A stretch of DNA of 64,000 nucleotides from an uncultured Acidobacteriota bacterium (GCA_963843575.1 CAWJKZ010000013.1:320001-384000); one strand, 5' to 3'. Shown: positions 51,226 to 60,882, counted from the stretch's first letter. The notes: a model not told the origin generated them from the letters alone. Made by a program: numbers and translations.

Positions 51226-51914
51226 ATGGAGTGCGGCGCCTGGGCGCCGCTTTACGCTGAAATCAACGGCCGAGATGTCCGGCGCCTCGCTGGCGATCTG
51301 TCTAAACAACCCTTGTTGGCCGTGGGGGAGGCCTATGCACCACTTCCCAAGTGGCGACGACATGCGAAAAGGCCATCATGCCTGGATCTCATAGCCCTTC
51401 TGCGTAAGGAAACCGTCGAACACCCCGAACAACTGGCCGAATTGGGTCTGCAACCAACATTTGAGGGCCGAAATGGGGTACTTAGGCGGCTGCAGCCGAA
51501 AAATACGCTAACGTATTCTCACCGATTGACAACAGCAGAACGCGGATCTTCGCGGATTTTACGGATTCACGCGGATCGGCCGCGCCCGGCATTCCTCCCC
51601 GAGGGCCGGCGCTTCGCGCCGATGCATCAAAGCCCGGCTCCCGCAGGAAAGCGCGCGGTTGGAAGGATGCCGCTTCGATTCAAGGTCCACGTTTTCCTGC
51701 GGGAGCCGGGCTTTGATGCGTGCCAAAGGCAGCCCTCGGGGAGGAATGCCGGGCGCGGCCTGCCACCAGGCAGCAATCCGCGTGCATCCGCGTTGATCCG
51801 CGTCCTGGCAACGTTAGCGTATTTCTGAACGCGAGTACTAAGGAATATACAAACTCCAGTGGCGGCGCCTAGGCGCCGCCCTACAAAGCGGCGTCGAACC
51901 GCCGCACTCCATAT
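51224..51914. mobile_element. Composite non-autonomous element: family A arms enclosing a putative transposase remnant and a family C long palindrome
   Basis: Ends atatggagtgcggc / gccgcactccatat are inverted; internal 14-bp IR (51501-51514 / 51811-51824) and perfect 29-bp and 27-bp stems. Confidence 0.6.
51325..51470 (+). pseudogene. Possible C-terminal fragment of a DDE (IS701/IS4-like) transposase
   Basis: Lower-GC segment translating GEAYAPLPKWRRHAKRPSCLDLIALLRKETVEHPEQL, which resembles transposase C-termini as I recall them; not verified. Confidence 0.4.
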
Positions 51915-52753
51915 TCCCGGGCGAACAGCTCGATCGACCCGGGGGCGTAGCCGGCGTAGTGGTTGTTGAAGTACACGTAGGTCGGGATGTCCCTGGCCAC
52001 CAGGTCGCGGATCGGCGGAACCCAGAGCCTCATCTGGCCCGTGCGGTCCTGGATGATGCTGTCCCAGTCCGCCTGCCGCTTCCCCTCCTCCCGCGCCGTC
52101 CGCACCGCTGTGTCCATTTCCTTGTGGTTGCCGAGGAAGCGGATGTAGACGTATGGGGCGGTGAAGATGCCGGGTCTCGACGCAAGCTTGAACAGGGGAT
52201 CCATCGTGTAGTAGTCGATGAACACGAGGGAAATGTCGCGGCTCCGCAAGGTGTCGAGCAGTTCCGGCCGGATCCAGCGGGCGTTGCGGATTTCGACGGC
52301 CCACCTGAATTCCCGGGGCAACAGCGGGAGGAACTTGCGCAGCCGTCCGAGGAACTCCGCCCCGGTATCGTATTCCCGCGGGTCCTTCCCCCTGGCCACG
52401 TAAGGAAACTGCAGGACAAGGGGGCCGAGCTTTTCGCCGAGCCGCGACATCGTCCCCAGAAAAGTTGCCAGCTCTTGCTCGCATCCCTCAAGATAATTGT
52501 CGTGGGTTATCACCCGCGGCACCTTGGCGGAGAAGACGAATCCCTTGGGGGTGCGGGCGTTCCACCCGTCGACCGTGCCGGGGGACGGCATGCCGTGCCA
52601 GGTGGAGTCGATTTCGACTGTGTCGAACCGGGTCGCGTAAAAACCGATCATTTCGGCCGGGGCGATCGGGTTCGGGTAGAACGGGCCGCACCAGTCGCGG
52701 CTGCTCCAGCTGGACGTGCCGACCCGGAGAGCCGAAGGAAATTGGATGTGCAT
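51881..52753 (-). CDS. DUF72 (YecE) family protein
   Basis: RVGTSSWS..DW.GPFYP, FDTVEIDSTW, FSAKVPR.ITH, LG..LQFP, AVEIR, YFNNH. Stop lies within a family A arm. Confidence 0.92.
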   Translation of the reverse strand: MHIQFPSALRVGTSSWSSRDWCGPFYPNPIAPAEMIGFYATRFDTVEIDSTWHGMPSPGTVDGWNARTPKGFVFSAKVPRVITHDNYLEGCEQELATFLGTMSRLGEKLGPLVLQFPYVARGKDPREYDTGAEFLGRLRKFLPLLPREFRWAVEIRNARWIRPELLDTLRSRDISLVFIDYYTMDPLFKLASRPGIFTAPYVYIRFLGNHKEMDTAVRTAREEGKRQADWDSIIQDRTGQMRLWVPPIRDLVARDIPTYVYFNNHYAGYAPGSIELFAREYGVRRFDAAL

Positions 52754-52870
52754 CGAAACGATTGTACCATGGCCGGAAAGCCGGAAAATCGGCCGTTCCA
52801 GCCTCATTAGACATTGAAAAGCGCCGGGGAAGAGTCTACGTTTATTAAGAGAAGTACGAAAGAGGTGGAT

Positions 52871-53194
52871 ATGCCGAAGTCGGAACAATCACAAAAGGCA
52901 AAAGCCAAAACCCCCGCGAAAAGGTCCCGAGTGCGTCCCCGTTGGACAAGTGAAGAGATCACGATACTTAAACGTTTATACCGCACTCATAGCAACGCTG
53001 AGATAGCCAAGGTCCTCGGACGCAAGGTCTCCTCCGTGGTCTTCAAAGGGCATCGGCTCGGGCTTTCGAAGGGGATTCGGCGCTTGAAGGAAATGGGGCG
53101 CGAAAACATCCGCCGGCGCTGGAAACGGAAGGGCGTCAAGAGGACGACAAACCGTCCGTCCGCCGCGGCGCCGCGGCGCAAAGCCCGCAGATAA
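52871..53194 (+). CDS. Small very basic HTH (homeodomain/GcrA-N-like) protein
   Basis: GAGGTG SD; RWTSEEITILKRLY...SNAEIAKVLGRKVSSVVFKGHRLGL core with Lys/Arg-rich tails. Confidence 0.75.
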   Translation: MPKSEQSQKAKAKTPAKRSRVRPRWTSEEITILKRLYRTHSNAEIAKVLGRKVSSVVFKGHRLGLSKGIRRLKEMGRENIRRRWKRKGVKRTTNRPSAAAPRRKARR

Positions 53195-53205
53195 GGCCTG
53201 GTTTA

Positions 53206-53280
53206 TTCGAGATTCTTGGAGCCTTCGAGCCTTGGAGGCGAACTTCGAAACTCACCTCGAAGGCTCGAAGAACTCGAAGA
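53206..53280. repeat. Periodic CTTCGAG/CTCGAAG inverted array (family E) between convergent genes
   Basis: ttcgagattcttggagccttcgag ... ctcgaaggctcgaagaactcgaa. Confidence 0.65.
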
Positions 53281-53283
53281 CAG

Positions 53284-53577
53284 TTACGGTTCCGACGGCG
53301 TTTTGGGGATGATGACCGGGGGTTCCGCCGGCGGCACGACCCGCTCGACCTCTATCGAGCAGTCCGTCAGCAGCGCGGCAAGCGCGCCCACCGCGGCGAG
53401 CACGGGTGCCAGCACCGTGCCGACCACACCTACCGTCAGCGGGAACTCCGCGACGCTCCGGTCCCCCTGCTTTATGATGATCCGGCGCACGTTTCCCTCG
53501 TGGATCAGCTGCTTCACCTTGTCCAGCAGCTCGCCCCCCTGAAGCTTGATCGTTTCCCAGATAGTTTTCTCCGGCAT
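53284..53577 (-). CDS. DUF4342 family protein
   Basis: LLDKVKQLIHEGNVRRIIIK...EFPLTVGVVG...APVLAAVGALAALLTDCSIEVER. Confidence 0.9.
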   Translation of the reverse strand: MPEKTIWETIKLQGGELLDKVKQLIHEGNVRRIIIKQGDRSVAEFPLTVGVVGTVLAPVLAAVGALAALLTDCSIEVERVVPPAEPPVIIPKTPSEP

Positions 53578-53631
53578 GCCCGTTCTCCTTCCTCTCAACT
53601 ATATAACCTGCGCACCGCAGAGTTATTCATT

Positions 53632-53732
53632 TGGAGTGCAGGCCTCGGCGCCGCTTTCCACATGTGCCCTACGGCCGGAATACTCGGCGCCTAGGCGCCG
53701 CCCAGAAAGCGGCGTCCAGCCGCCGCACTCCA
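53632..53732. repeat. REPIN-like element, family A, between divergent genes
   Basis: tggagtgcaggcctcggcgcc...ggcgcctaggcgcc...gccgcactcca. Confidence 0.87.
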
Positions 53733-53782
53733 CAAAAGGCCGATTGTGTTCTATCATCGTGGCCTTCCGAAAACGAGGTGCC

Positions 53783-56700
53783 ATGATGCTTGCTCGCTCC
53801 TTCATACTCGCGGTTGCGCTGCTGTTATTTCCGAAGCTCGGGCTCGCAGAGAGCGAAGCCCGTTTTATGACCTACCCCGACATCTCCGGCGACCGGATCG
53901 CCTTCACCTTCGACGACGACCTCTGGCTCGCCAGCGTCCAGGGCGGAACCCCGACCCGCATCACGAACCACCCGGGCCGCGAGCTGTGGGCGCGGTTTTC
54001 GCCCGACGGCAAGTGGATCGCCTTTTCGGGCTCCTACGACGGGGTCCCTGACGTCTATCTCATGCCCTCTACCGGCGGAACGCCGAAACGCCTGACCTGG
54101 CTGCCGAGCCCTGCGGTCCCCACCGCCTGGACGCCGGACAGCCGCTACGTCGTCTTCAAGACCGCCTACGGCCGCAACCCGGTCGCGCGCGACCAGAAAC
54201 TCTACAAGGTGTCGATCGACGGCGCCATGCCGGAGCCGCTCCCGATGGAGCGCGGCGGCTCGTGCTCGTTCTCCGAGGACGGCAAGCGCATGCTCTACGT
54301 GCGCAAGGGGCGCGAGGACAACTACTGGAAACGCTACAAGGGCGGCCAGTACCCCGACATCTGGCTGGCGGACCTGGCCGCGGGACGCTACTCCCCCGTC
54401 ACCGACTACGTCGGCCGGAACACCTACCCCATGTGGATCGGCAACACCATGTTCTTCGCCTCCGATCGCGGGGCCGACGGCATCACCAACATCTTCGCCC
54501 AGGATCTCAAGACCAAAGCCGTCCGCCAGGTCACAAAGTTCACCGACTTCGACGTCATGAACCCGTCGACCGACCGGCGAGGCATCGTCTTCACCCAGAA
54601 CGGCTACATCCACCTGCTCGACCCGAAATCAGGCGCCGTGAAAAAGGTCTCGTTCACTATCCCGACCGACAGCTGGCGCATGCAGGACCGCTGGATAAAC
54701 CCGTCCGATTACATCCAGGGCATCGACGCGGCCGGCAAACAGCTGGCGCTCTCCGCGCGCGGCGACGTGTTCCTGCTGACCGTCGGCGAGAAGGAGACCG
54801 CCTGGCGCAACCTCACCGGCACCCCCGGAACCCGGGAAACACACGCTCGACTTTCCCCGGACGGGAAGAACGTCGCTTATTTCTCCGACCGCAGCGGCGA
54901 ATACCAGCTCTACCTGCAGCCGCTCTCCGGCGGGCCCGCCACGGCCCTGACCGACAACCTGGCGCGGACCGTATACCGGCCGCGCTGGTCTCCCGACGGC
55001 ACCAAGATCCTTTTCGGGAACAAGGACTTCGCCATCTTCTATCTCGACGTCGCCACCAGGCAGCTCACCAGGATCGATGAATCCAAATACCTCGACAACG
55101 ACGAGTTCACCTGGGAAAGCGCCGACTACTGTTGGTCCCCCGACAGCCGCTGGATCGCCTACTCCTTCACGCGCGAAAACCGCAACAACGTCATCTCCCT
55201 TTACGACACAAAAGAAGGGAAGAAGGTGCAGGTCACCGGGGACTTCTACGACAACCTGAATCCCCGGTTCGACGCCGACGGCGGCTACCTCTATTTCCTG
55301 TCCAACCGGAACTACCAGATTGGGATGGACCCCTTCGAGGACAACCACGTCGTGGTCAACCCGACCCGCGTCATGGGCGTGCAGCTGCGAAAAGGGGAGC
55401 GTCCCCCGTTCGCCCGCCCGGCCATCGATGGGGAGGAGAAACCCCCGGCGGCCGCCGACCGGTTCCGCATCGATCCCGACGGGATCCAGGACCGGGTGTT
55501 CCAGCTGCCGGTCGAACCCGGCAACTATTTCCACCTGGTGGCGGGGAAGGGCTACGCGGGATGGTCCTCCGTGCCGCGCTTCACCGAGGACGAATACGAG
55601 GAGTTCTACGTCCCGGGCGGCGCCACCAAGTGGGATTTCCACATCTTCTCCATGAAAGACGAGAAGAAGGTGGACCTGGACGACAAGATCGCGTCGGTCG
55701 ATTTCTCCGCCGCTGGCGACGACCTGGCCTTTGCCAGCAATTCGAAGGTCTACCTTACGAGCTTCGAAAAGGCCTACCAGTCGCGGAAGCTGGGGAAGGC
55801 GGTCGATACCACCGGCGTGGTTTACCGCGTCTCCCCGGTCGAGGAGTGGACCCAGATCCTGAACGACACCTGGCGCTGGTACCGCGACTTTTTCTACGAC
55901 AAGGACATGCACGGGCGCGACTGGAAGGCGATCGGCGATAGGTACCGCGCGTGCGTCAAAGACCTCCGTTCGCGCGACCAGCTGAACTGGCTGCTGTCGG
56001 AAATGGTCGGGGAACTCTGCGTGTCCCACACCTATATTTCGGGCGGGGACACCGGACCGGACCTCCGCATCCAGCAGCCGGTCTTCACCGGGCTGCTCGG
56101 CGCCGATCTGGCCGCCGACACGAACTCCGGTCTGTACCGCCTGGCGAAGATCTACGGGCCGACGCCCTACTTCAGCGGGATCGAGATGCCGCTCGCGCGC
56201 CCGGATGTCGGCGCCCGCGAAGGGGACTACCTGCTTGCCATCAACGGGACCAAGGTGCACGTGCCGGACAACTACTTCCGCCTCCTGCAGGTCGCCAAGG
56301 ACGATTATGTCGAGGTGACCCTCGGCAGCGACCCCGCCGGCGAAAACGCGCGCACGTACCGCGTCAAGCCGGTGCGCTCCGACCAGGAGGCGCGCTACGC
56401 CCGCTGGGTCACCGACAATATCGAGAAGGTCCTCAAGGCCTCCGGCGGCGAGGTCGGCTACATGCACATCACCGCCATGGGGGGCGGCGGGATCATGCAG
56501 TTCGACAAGTTCTGGCGCGCCTTCCGCTACAAGAAGGGGTTGATCATCGACGCGCGCGGCAACGGCGGCGGCTGGACCGAGTACTTCCTGATCGACAAGC
56601 TCGAGAGGCGCCAGGTGGCCTACAACGTGCTGCAGGGGATGGAGCCGTACCGCTACCCCAACCCGGCGTCGCGCGCCCACTTCGTCCTGATCTCAAACGA

Positions 56701-57046
56701 GGACAACGGCTCAGACGGCGAGGCGTTCGTGGAACACTTCAAGGCGCGCAAGCTCGGCACGGTCGTGGGCGTCCCGTCCTGGGGCGGCCTCGTCGGGATC
56801 ATCAACGGGCAGCGCACGATCGACAACGGGACCGTCCAGCAGTCCAACAACGCCTTCTACGGCAGCGACGGGAAGTGGCTGGTCGAGAATCACGGCGCCG
56901 ATCCGGACGTCCTGCAGGACAACGACCCGGGATCCGTCGCCGCCGGCCACGACCTGCAGCTGGAGAAATCGGTCGAGATCCTGCTGAAGAAGATCAAGGA
57001 CGAACCGTTCCGCTTTCCCCCGGTCCCCCAATACCCGAAGCGGTGA
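53783..57046 (+). CDS. Tricorn protease (S41 family), secreted
   Basis: PD40 beta-propellers (FSPDGKWIAFS, WSPDG), YKGG, GELCVSH, PDZ, IDARGNGGG, GSDGE, SWGGLVG, ENHG.DPD. Confidence 0.95.
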   Translation: MMLARSFILAVALLLFPKLGLAESEARFMTYPDISGDRIAFTFDDDLWLASVQGGTPTRITNHPGRELWARFSPDGKWIAFSGSYDGVPDVYLMPSTGGTPKRLTWLPSPAVPTAWTPDSRYVVFKTAYGRNPVARDQKLYKVSIDGAMPEPLPMERGGSCSFSEDGKRMLYVRKGREDNYWKRYKGGQYPDIWLADLAAGRYSPVTDYVGRNTYPMWIGNTMFFASDRGADGITNIFAQDLKTKAVRQVTKFTDFDVMNPSTDRRGIVFTQNGYIHLLDPKSGAVKKVSFTIPTDSWRMQDRWINPSDYIQGIDAAGKQLALSARGDVFLLTVGEKETAWRNLTGTPGTRETHARLSPDGKNVAYFSDRSGEYQLYLQPLSGGPATALTDNLARTVYRPRWSPDGTKILFGNKDFAIFYLDVATRQLTRIDESKYLDNDEFTWESADYCWSPDSRWIAYSFTRENRNNVISLYDTKEGKKVQVTGDFYDNLNPRFDADGGYLYFLSNRNYQIGMDPFEDNHVVVNPTRVMGVQLRKGERPPFARPAIDGEEKPPAAADRFRIDPDGIQDRVFQLPVEPGNYFHLVAGKGYAGWSSVPRFTEDEYEEFYVPGGATKWDFHIFSMKDEKKVDLDDKIASVDFSAAGDDLAFASNSKVYLTSFEKAYQSRKLGKAVDTTGVVYRVSPVEEWTQILNDTWRWYRDFFYDKDMHGRDWKAIGDRYRACVKDLRSRDQLNWLLSEMVGELCVSHTYISGGDTGPDLRIQQPVFTGLLGADLAADTNSGLYRLAKIYGPTPYFSGIEMPLARPDVGAREGDYLLAINGTKVHVPDNYFRLLQVAKDDYVEVTLGSDPAGENARTYRVKPVRSDQEARYARWVTDNIEKVLKASGGEVGYMHITAMGGGGIMQFDKFWRAFRYKKGLIIDARGNGGGWTEYFLIDKLERRQVAYNVLQGMEPYRYPNPASRAHFVLISNEDNGSDGEAFVEHFKARKLGTVVGVPSWGGLVGIINGQRTIDNGTVQQSNNAFYGSDGKWLVENHGADPDVLQDNDPGSVAAGHDLQLEKSVEILLKKIKDEPFRFPPVPQYPKR

Positions 57047-57083
57047 CTTGACGCCCTACGTAAGCGCCACGTAACCGCCAACC

Positions 57084-57250
57084 AAGTGGGTCCGGGCTTC
57101 AGAGGCTGTCCAACGGTTGAACCACCGCCCTGCCGGAAAACTAAGTGGGTCCGGGCTTCAGCCCGGACGCTGTTTGCGGTCGCTATGCAGGGCAGGTGGA
57201 ACTCTATGGAACGGGCTTAAAGACGTCCGGGCTTCAGCCCGGACCCACTT
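57084..57250. repeat. Family B doublet with truncated upstream copy
   Basis: aagtgggtccgggcttcag repeated at 57084 and 57143, then inverted partner ending ggacccactt. Confidence 0.87.
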
Positions 57251-57344
57251 GTCCGCTTGCTCCGCCTTCCGCCGCGGGGTACATTTAAGCCAACGAATGC
57301 CGTTCCGGGCGGCTGCTTCCATTCCGAACTCTCAGAGGTGGTTT

Positions 57345-58526
57345 ATGAGCCCACGCCTTGTGGTCCGCACCCTGACCCTTCCGCTGATGGTGTTGGTGAT
57401 CCTCTCGTGGGCGCACGCGCAGCAGACCGGTGGCGGATCGGGAGGGTCCGGCGGCGGCTCGGGCGGCGGGAACACGAGCAAGACGAATCCCACGCCCGTA
57501 CAGCCCCGATCGACCCCAACCACACAGCCGGAACAGCCGAAGGTGCAGATGGTCTTCGTCTCGGGGGTAGTGGTGATGGAGGACGGTTCGCCCGTCCCGA
57601 TGGGGACCGCGATCGAACGCGTCTGCGAGGGCCGCACGACGCTCGAAGGATATGTCTCCGGCAACGGCAGCTTCTCGTTCTCCCTCGGCGGGGCCAACCG
57701 GATCAGCGGCAGCATGTTTTCCGACGCCAGCCAGGACCTGAGCGACTTGAGCGCCACCCGCACCGGAAAGGTCCCCATCCCGACAACCCTGATGGGATGC
57801 GAGCTGCGTGCCCAGCTCGCCGGCTACCGTTCCAGCCGGATCACCCTCGACGGTTCCCACACGATCGGGAACGTCAACGCCGGAACGATTCTGCTCGTCC
57901 CGCTCTCCCGGGTGAAAGGGACACTGGTGAGCGCCAGCGATCTCCAGGCTCCCAAATCCGCCAGGAAGGCGCTGGAACGCGCTCAGAAGGCATTCCGGGA
58001 AGACAATATCGGGGAGGCCGAGAAGAACCTGATGACCGCCGTGGAACAGTTCCCCGGCTTCGCGGCCGCGTGGGTCGGGCTCGGAGAGGTTTACCAGAAG
58101 ACGCGCCGGCTCCCGGAAGCGCGCAACGCGTACGAGCGGGCCATCGCGGCGGACGAGAGTTTCGTGAAGCCCTACGTCTCCCTGGCGCAGGTCGCCGGGA
58201 TGCAGCAGAACTGGCAGGAGATGGCGGATCTGAGCGACCGGGCCCTCGAGTTGGACCCGGTCGATTCCCCCGAAGCATATTTCTTCAACGCGGTCGCCAA
58301 CTTCAATCTCGACCGGTTGGAGGCCGCCGAGCGCAGCGCGCTCAAGGCCCAGCGGCTCGATCCCCAGAACAAGCTCCCTTACGCGAGCATCATCCTGGCC
58401 AATGTCCTCGAGCAGCGCAACGACATCCCCGGGGCGATACGGCAGCTGCAGAATTACCTGGTGACGGCGCCGCAGTCCACTTACGCCGCCCAGGCTCGCG
58501 CCCGCCTCGGGAAGCTGACGAAATAA
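57345..58526 (+). CDS. Secreted TPR protein with N-terminal carboxypeptidase-regulatory-like beta domain
   Basis: GAGGTG SD, signal peptide, VSG.VVMEDG, VSASDLQAPKSA, multiple TPR helices. Confidence 0.87.
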   Translation: MSPRLVVRTLTLPLMVLVILSWAHAQQTGGGSGGSGGGSGGGNTSKTNPTPVQPRSTPTTQPEQPKVQMVFVSGVVVMEDGSPVPMGTAIERVCEGRTTLEGYVSGNGSFSFSLGGANRISGSMFSDASQDLSDLSATRTGKVPIPTTLMGCELRAQLAGYRSSRITLDGSHTIGNVNAGTILLVPLSRVKGTLVSASDLQAPKSARKALERAQKAFREDNIGEAEKNLMTAVEQFPGFAAAWVGLGEVYQKTRRLPEARNAYERAIAADESFVKPYVSLAQVAGMQQNWQEMADLSDRALELDPVDSPEAYFFNAVANFNLDRLEAAERSALKAQRLDPQNKLPYASIILANVLEQRNDIPGAIRQLQNYLVTAPQSTYAAQARARLGKLTK

Positions 58527-58528
58527 CT

Positions 58529-58583
58529 TGGAGTGCGGCGCCCAGGCGCCGCCCGGAAAGCGGCGTCGAGCCGCCGCACTCCA
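58529..58583. repeat. Minimal family A element
   Basis: tggagtgcggcgcccaggcgccgcccggaaagcggcgtcgagccgccgcactcca. Confidence 0.88.
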
Positions 58584-58603
58584 AAAGGCGTATAATCGGC
58601 AGC

Positions 58604-60286
58604 GTGATCTACGAAATTATCGCGCTGCTGATGCTCGCCGTCGCACAGAACCAGACCCCGTCCTTTCACGTCGCGTCCAGGCTGGTGGACGTGACGGTCG
58701 TCGCGCTGGACAAGAACGGGAACCCGGTCACCAACCTCACCAAGGACGATTTCGCCCTCTTCGACAACGGCAAGCCCCGCCTTCTCTCGCTCTGCCGCTA
58801 CGAAGGCGGTACTCCCTCGAACGCGCCGCAAGCCGCGGTCGAGCCAAAGCCCGCGCCCTTGCCGCAGTTCGTGTTCACCAACCGCGTCGAGGCCGGGATC
58901 GAGGAGGATCGAAACATCACCGCCGTGGTGATCGATGCGGCCAACACCGACCTGCGCGACCAGATGTTCGTCAAGGCGCACACGGCGCGCTTGCTCCGCG
59001 CCCTGGCGCCGCAGACGCGGGTGGCGATCTACCTGTTGGGCAGCGAGTTCCAGGTCATCCACGACTTCACCGACGACATGACCCTGCTGCGCGCCCACCT
59101 GGAACAGGTCAGCCTGAAGGTCCAGGCGCAGCGCCTCAGCGACGTCGAACAGGCCGCCCTCGACGCCGAGGCGATCCTCGACCAGATCGAGGCGCGCAAG
59201 ACCCATTACGCGGGCCCGGTTTTCCGTGCCGTGCAGGCGCAGGACAAGACTGCGATCGCCGGGGACGTGAACTCGAACGCCGCGATCCAGGGCGACCGGG
59301 TGGAATCGACGCTGGCCGCACTGGAGTTCCTCGGCCGCCACCTCGCCCCGGTCCCCGGCCGCAAGAGCATCGTTTGGATCAGCGGCGGCATTTCGATTTT
59401 TTCGCAACTCGTCTCGACGAGCCCCGACAACCACCCGGTCAACCCGCTGGCCGGCGACAACCGTCAGCAGGCGATTCGCAGGACCTCGGAGCGGCTGGCT
59501 CAGCTTGGGGTGGCGCTCTACGGCGTGGACGCGCACGGGCTGACCACCTCGGCCGAGTCGCTCGCCCAGCGGCAGTACCCTCCGATGATCGCGGGCCGCT
59601 ACTCGGAGATGGAACACGCAGCGGCGCAAAACGCCGACAGCCGCGCCGCCTTTTCCCTGCTGACCTCGATCACGGGCGGGCGGTACATCTTCGGCACCAA
59701 CGACCTGTCCGAAGGTGTCAGGAAGGTGACCGCCGACCTGCACGGTTCCTACTCGCTCGGTTTTTACGCCACCGAGGAACCGGACGGAAAATGGCACGCG
59801 CTCAAGGTGACGGTGCGGCGGCCCGACGTGCGCCTGCTTTACAAGGAAGGGTACCGGCCGGACCCGGCGCCCGCGAAACCGCCCTCCTGGGACGCCGAGG
59901 CGCAGCGCCGGGCGATGCTGGACCCCTTCGGCTCCGCCGCCGTGCGGCTGACCGCCCGCTGCGCCCCCGTCGCGGATGCCGAGCCGGGCACGCTGCTCCT
60001 CACCCTGCAGATCGAGTCCGAGGACCTGCTGTGGCGCGAAGAGTCCGGGCGAATGGCCGGGAGCGCCGATATCTACATCGGGGAAAAGACCGCCGAGGGG
60101 CAGGTGAGGTTTCACGAATCGAAGATCAACGCCAGGTTCCTGCCCCCGCAAATGGAAATCGCCCGCTCCCAGGGGCTCCCGTTCCGGCGCCAATGGAAGC
60201 CCGGCCCGGACACGGTCGCGATCCGGGTCCTGGTGCGCGACCCCGCCACCGGCCGCCTGGGCACCCTCGACGTCCCGTATAAATGA
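58604..60286 (+). CDS. VWA-domain protein (Acidobacterial type)
   Basis: GTG start, signal peptide, F..ASRLVDVTVVALD, LTKDDF, PGRKSIVWISGG, LYGVDA, TGGR, YSLGFY, DGKWH. Confidence 0.88.
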   Translation: MIYEIIALLMLAVAQNQTPSFHVASRLVDVTVVALDKNGNPVTNLTKDDFALFDNGKPRLLSLCRYEGGTPSNAPQAAVEPKPAPLPQFVFTNRVEAGIEEDRNITAVVIDAANTDLRDQMFVKAHTARLLRALAPQTRVAIYLLGSEFQVIHDFTDDMTLLRAHLEQVSLKVQAQRLSDVEQAALDAEAILDQIEARKTHYAGPVFRAVQAQDKTAIAGDVNSNAAIQGDRVESTLAALEFLGRHLAPVPGRKSIVWISGGISIFSQLVSTSPDNHPVNPLAGDNRQQAIRRTSERLAQLGVALYGVDAHGLTTSAESLAQRQYPPMIAGRYSEMEHAAAQNADSRAAFSLLTSITGGRYIFGTNDLSEGVRKVTADLHGSYSLGFYATEEPDGKWHALKVTVRRPDVRLLYKEGYRPDPAPAKPPSWDAEAQRRAMLDPFGSAAVRLTARCAPVADAEPGTLLLTLQIESEDLLWREESGRMAGSADIYIGEKTAEGQVRFHESKINARFLPPQMEIARSQGLPFRRQWKPGPDTVAIRVLVRDPATGRLGTLDVPYK

Positions 60287-60296
60287 TAGTGGTCGC

Positions 60297-60415
60297 AGTG
60301 CGGCGGCTCGACGCCGCCTCCAGACTGGATGGACGCCGGATAGGTCTACCAAAGCGGCGCCAAGGCGCCGCATGCCGTGCAGGATCCCTTTGCGGCGTCG
60401 AGCCGCCGCACTCCA
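60297..60415. repeat. Family A element variant
   Basis: agtgcggcggctcgacgccgc...gcggcgtcgagccgccgcactcca. Confidence 0.85.
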
Positions 60416-60882
60416 AAGTGGGTGTTGTGACCCGGATCACGGGTTGCTGGGGGTTCCCGCCCAACCTTCCCGGATCGCCGTCCTGCGCCCGCGCCGACCT
60501 AAGTCCCTCCCCACCTTCAGATTTGGGTTGTGCAAATTCGGACTTGCGTTTGGGTTCCGATTTGCTTTATTCTCGCAGCGCATCCCTGGCGGAAAAGTAT
60601 TCACAATATGCTTCGCTGTGCTGATCGCGGGCAGACACGGTTTGTTCAGTCTGCGGGTAAGGGGCCTTATTTGCTATAGCCGCAAAGACCGGGAAGAGAC
60701 ATCAAACTCCCACTCTCCCGGGTGTGGCGGCCAGGAACATAGAAATAAGTTCTTCAGCACTGGGGTCGAGCAGTCTGAGCGATCTCTGGTTTCACGCCCG
60801 TTCCGGGCGCGTCGGGTAGATTTCAGCACTCCCGGCGGCTCCGGGCGCGGCGATTATACGATCTTCCGAAGGAGGTTATTAA

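Noticed and set aside
27835-58584. Small ORFs beginning MECG... (27835, 58390-58584, 58528)
   Set aside because: Translations of the family A repeat arm (TTGGAGTGCGGC), not genes.
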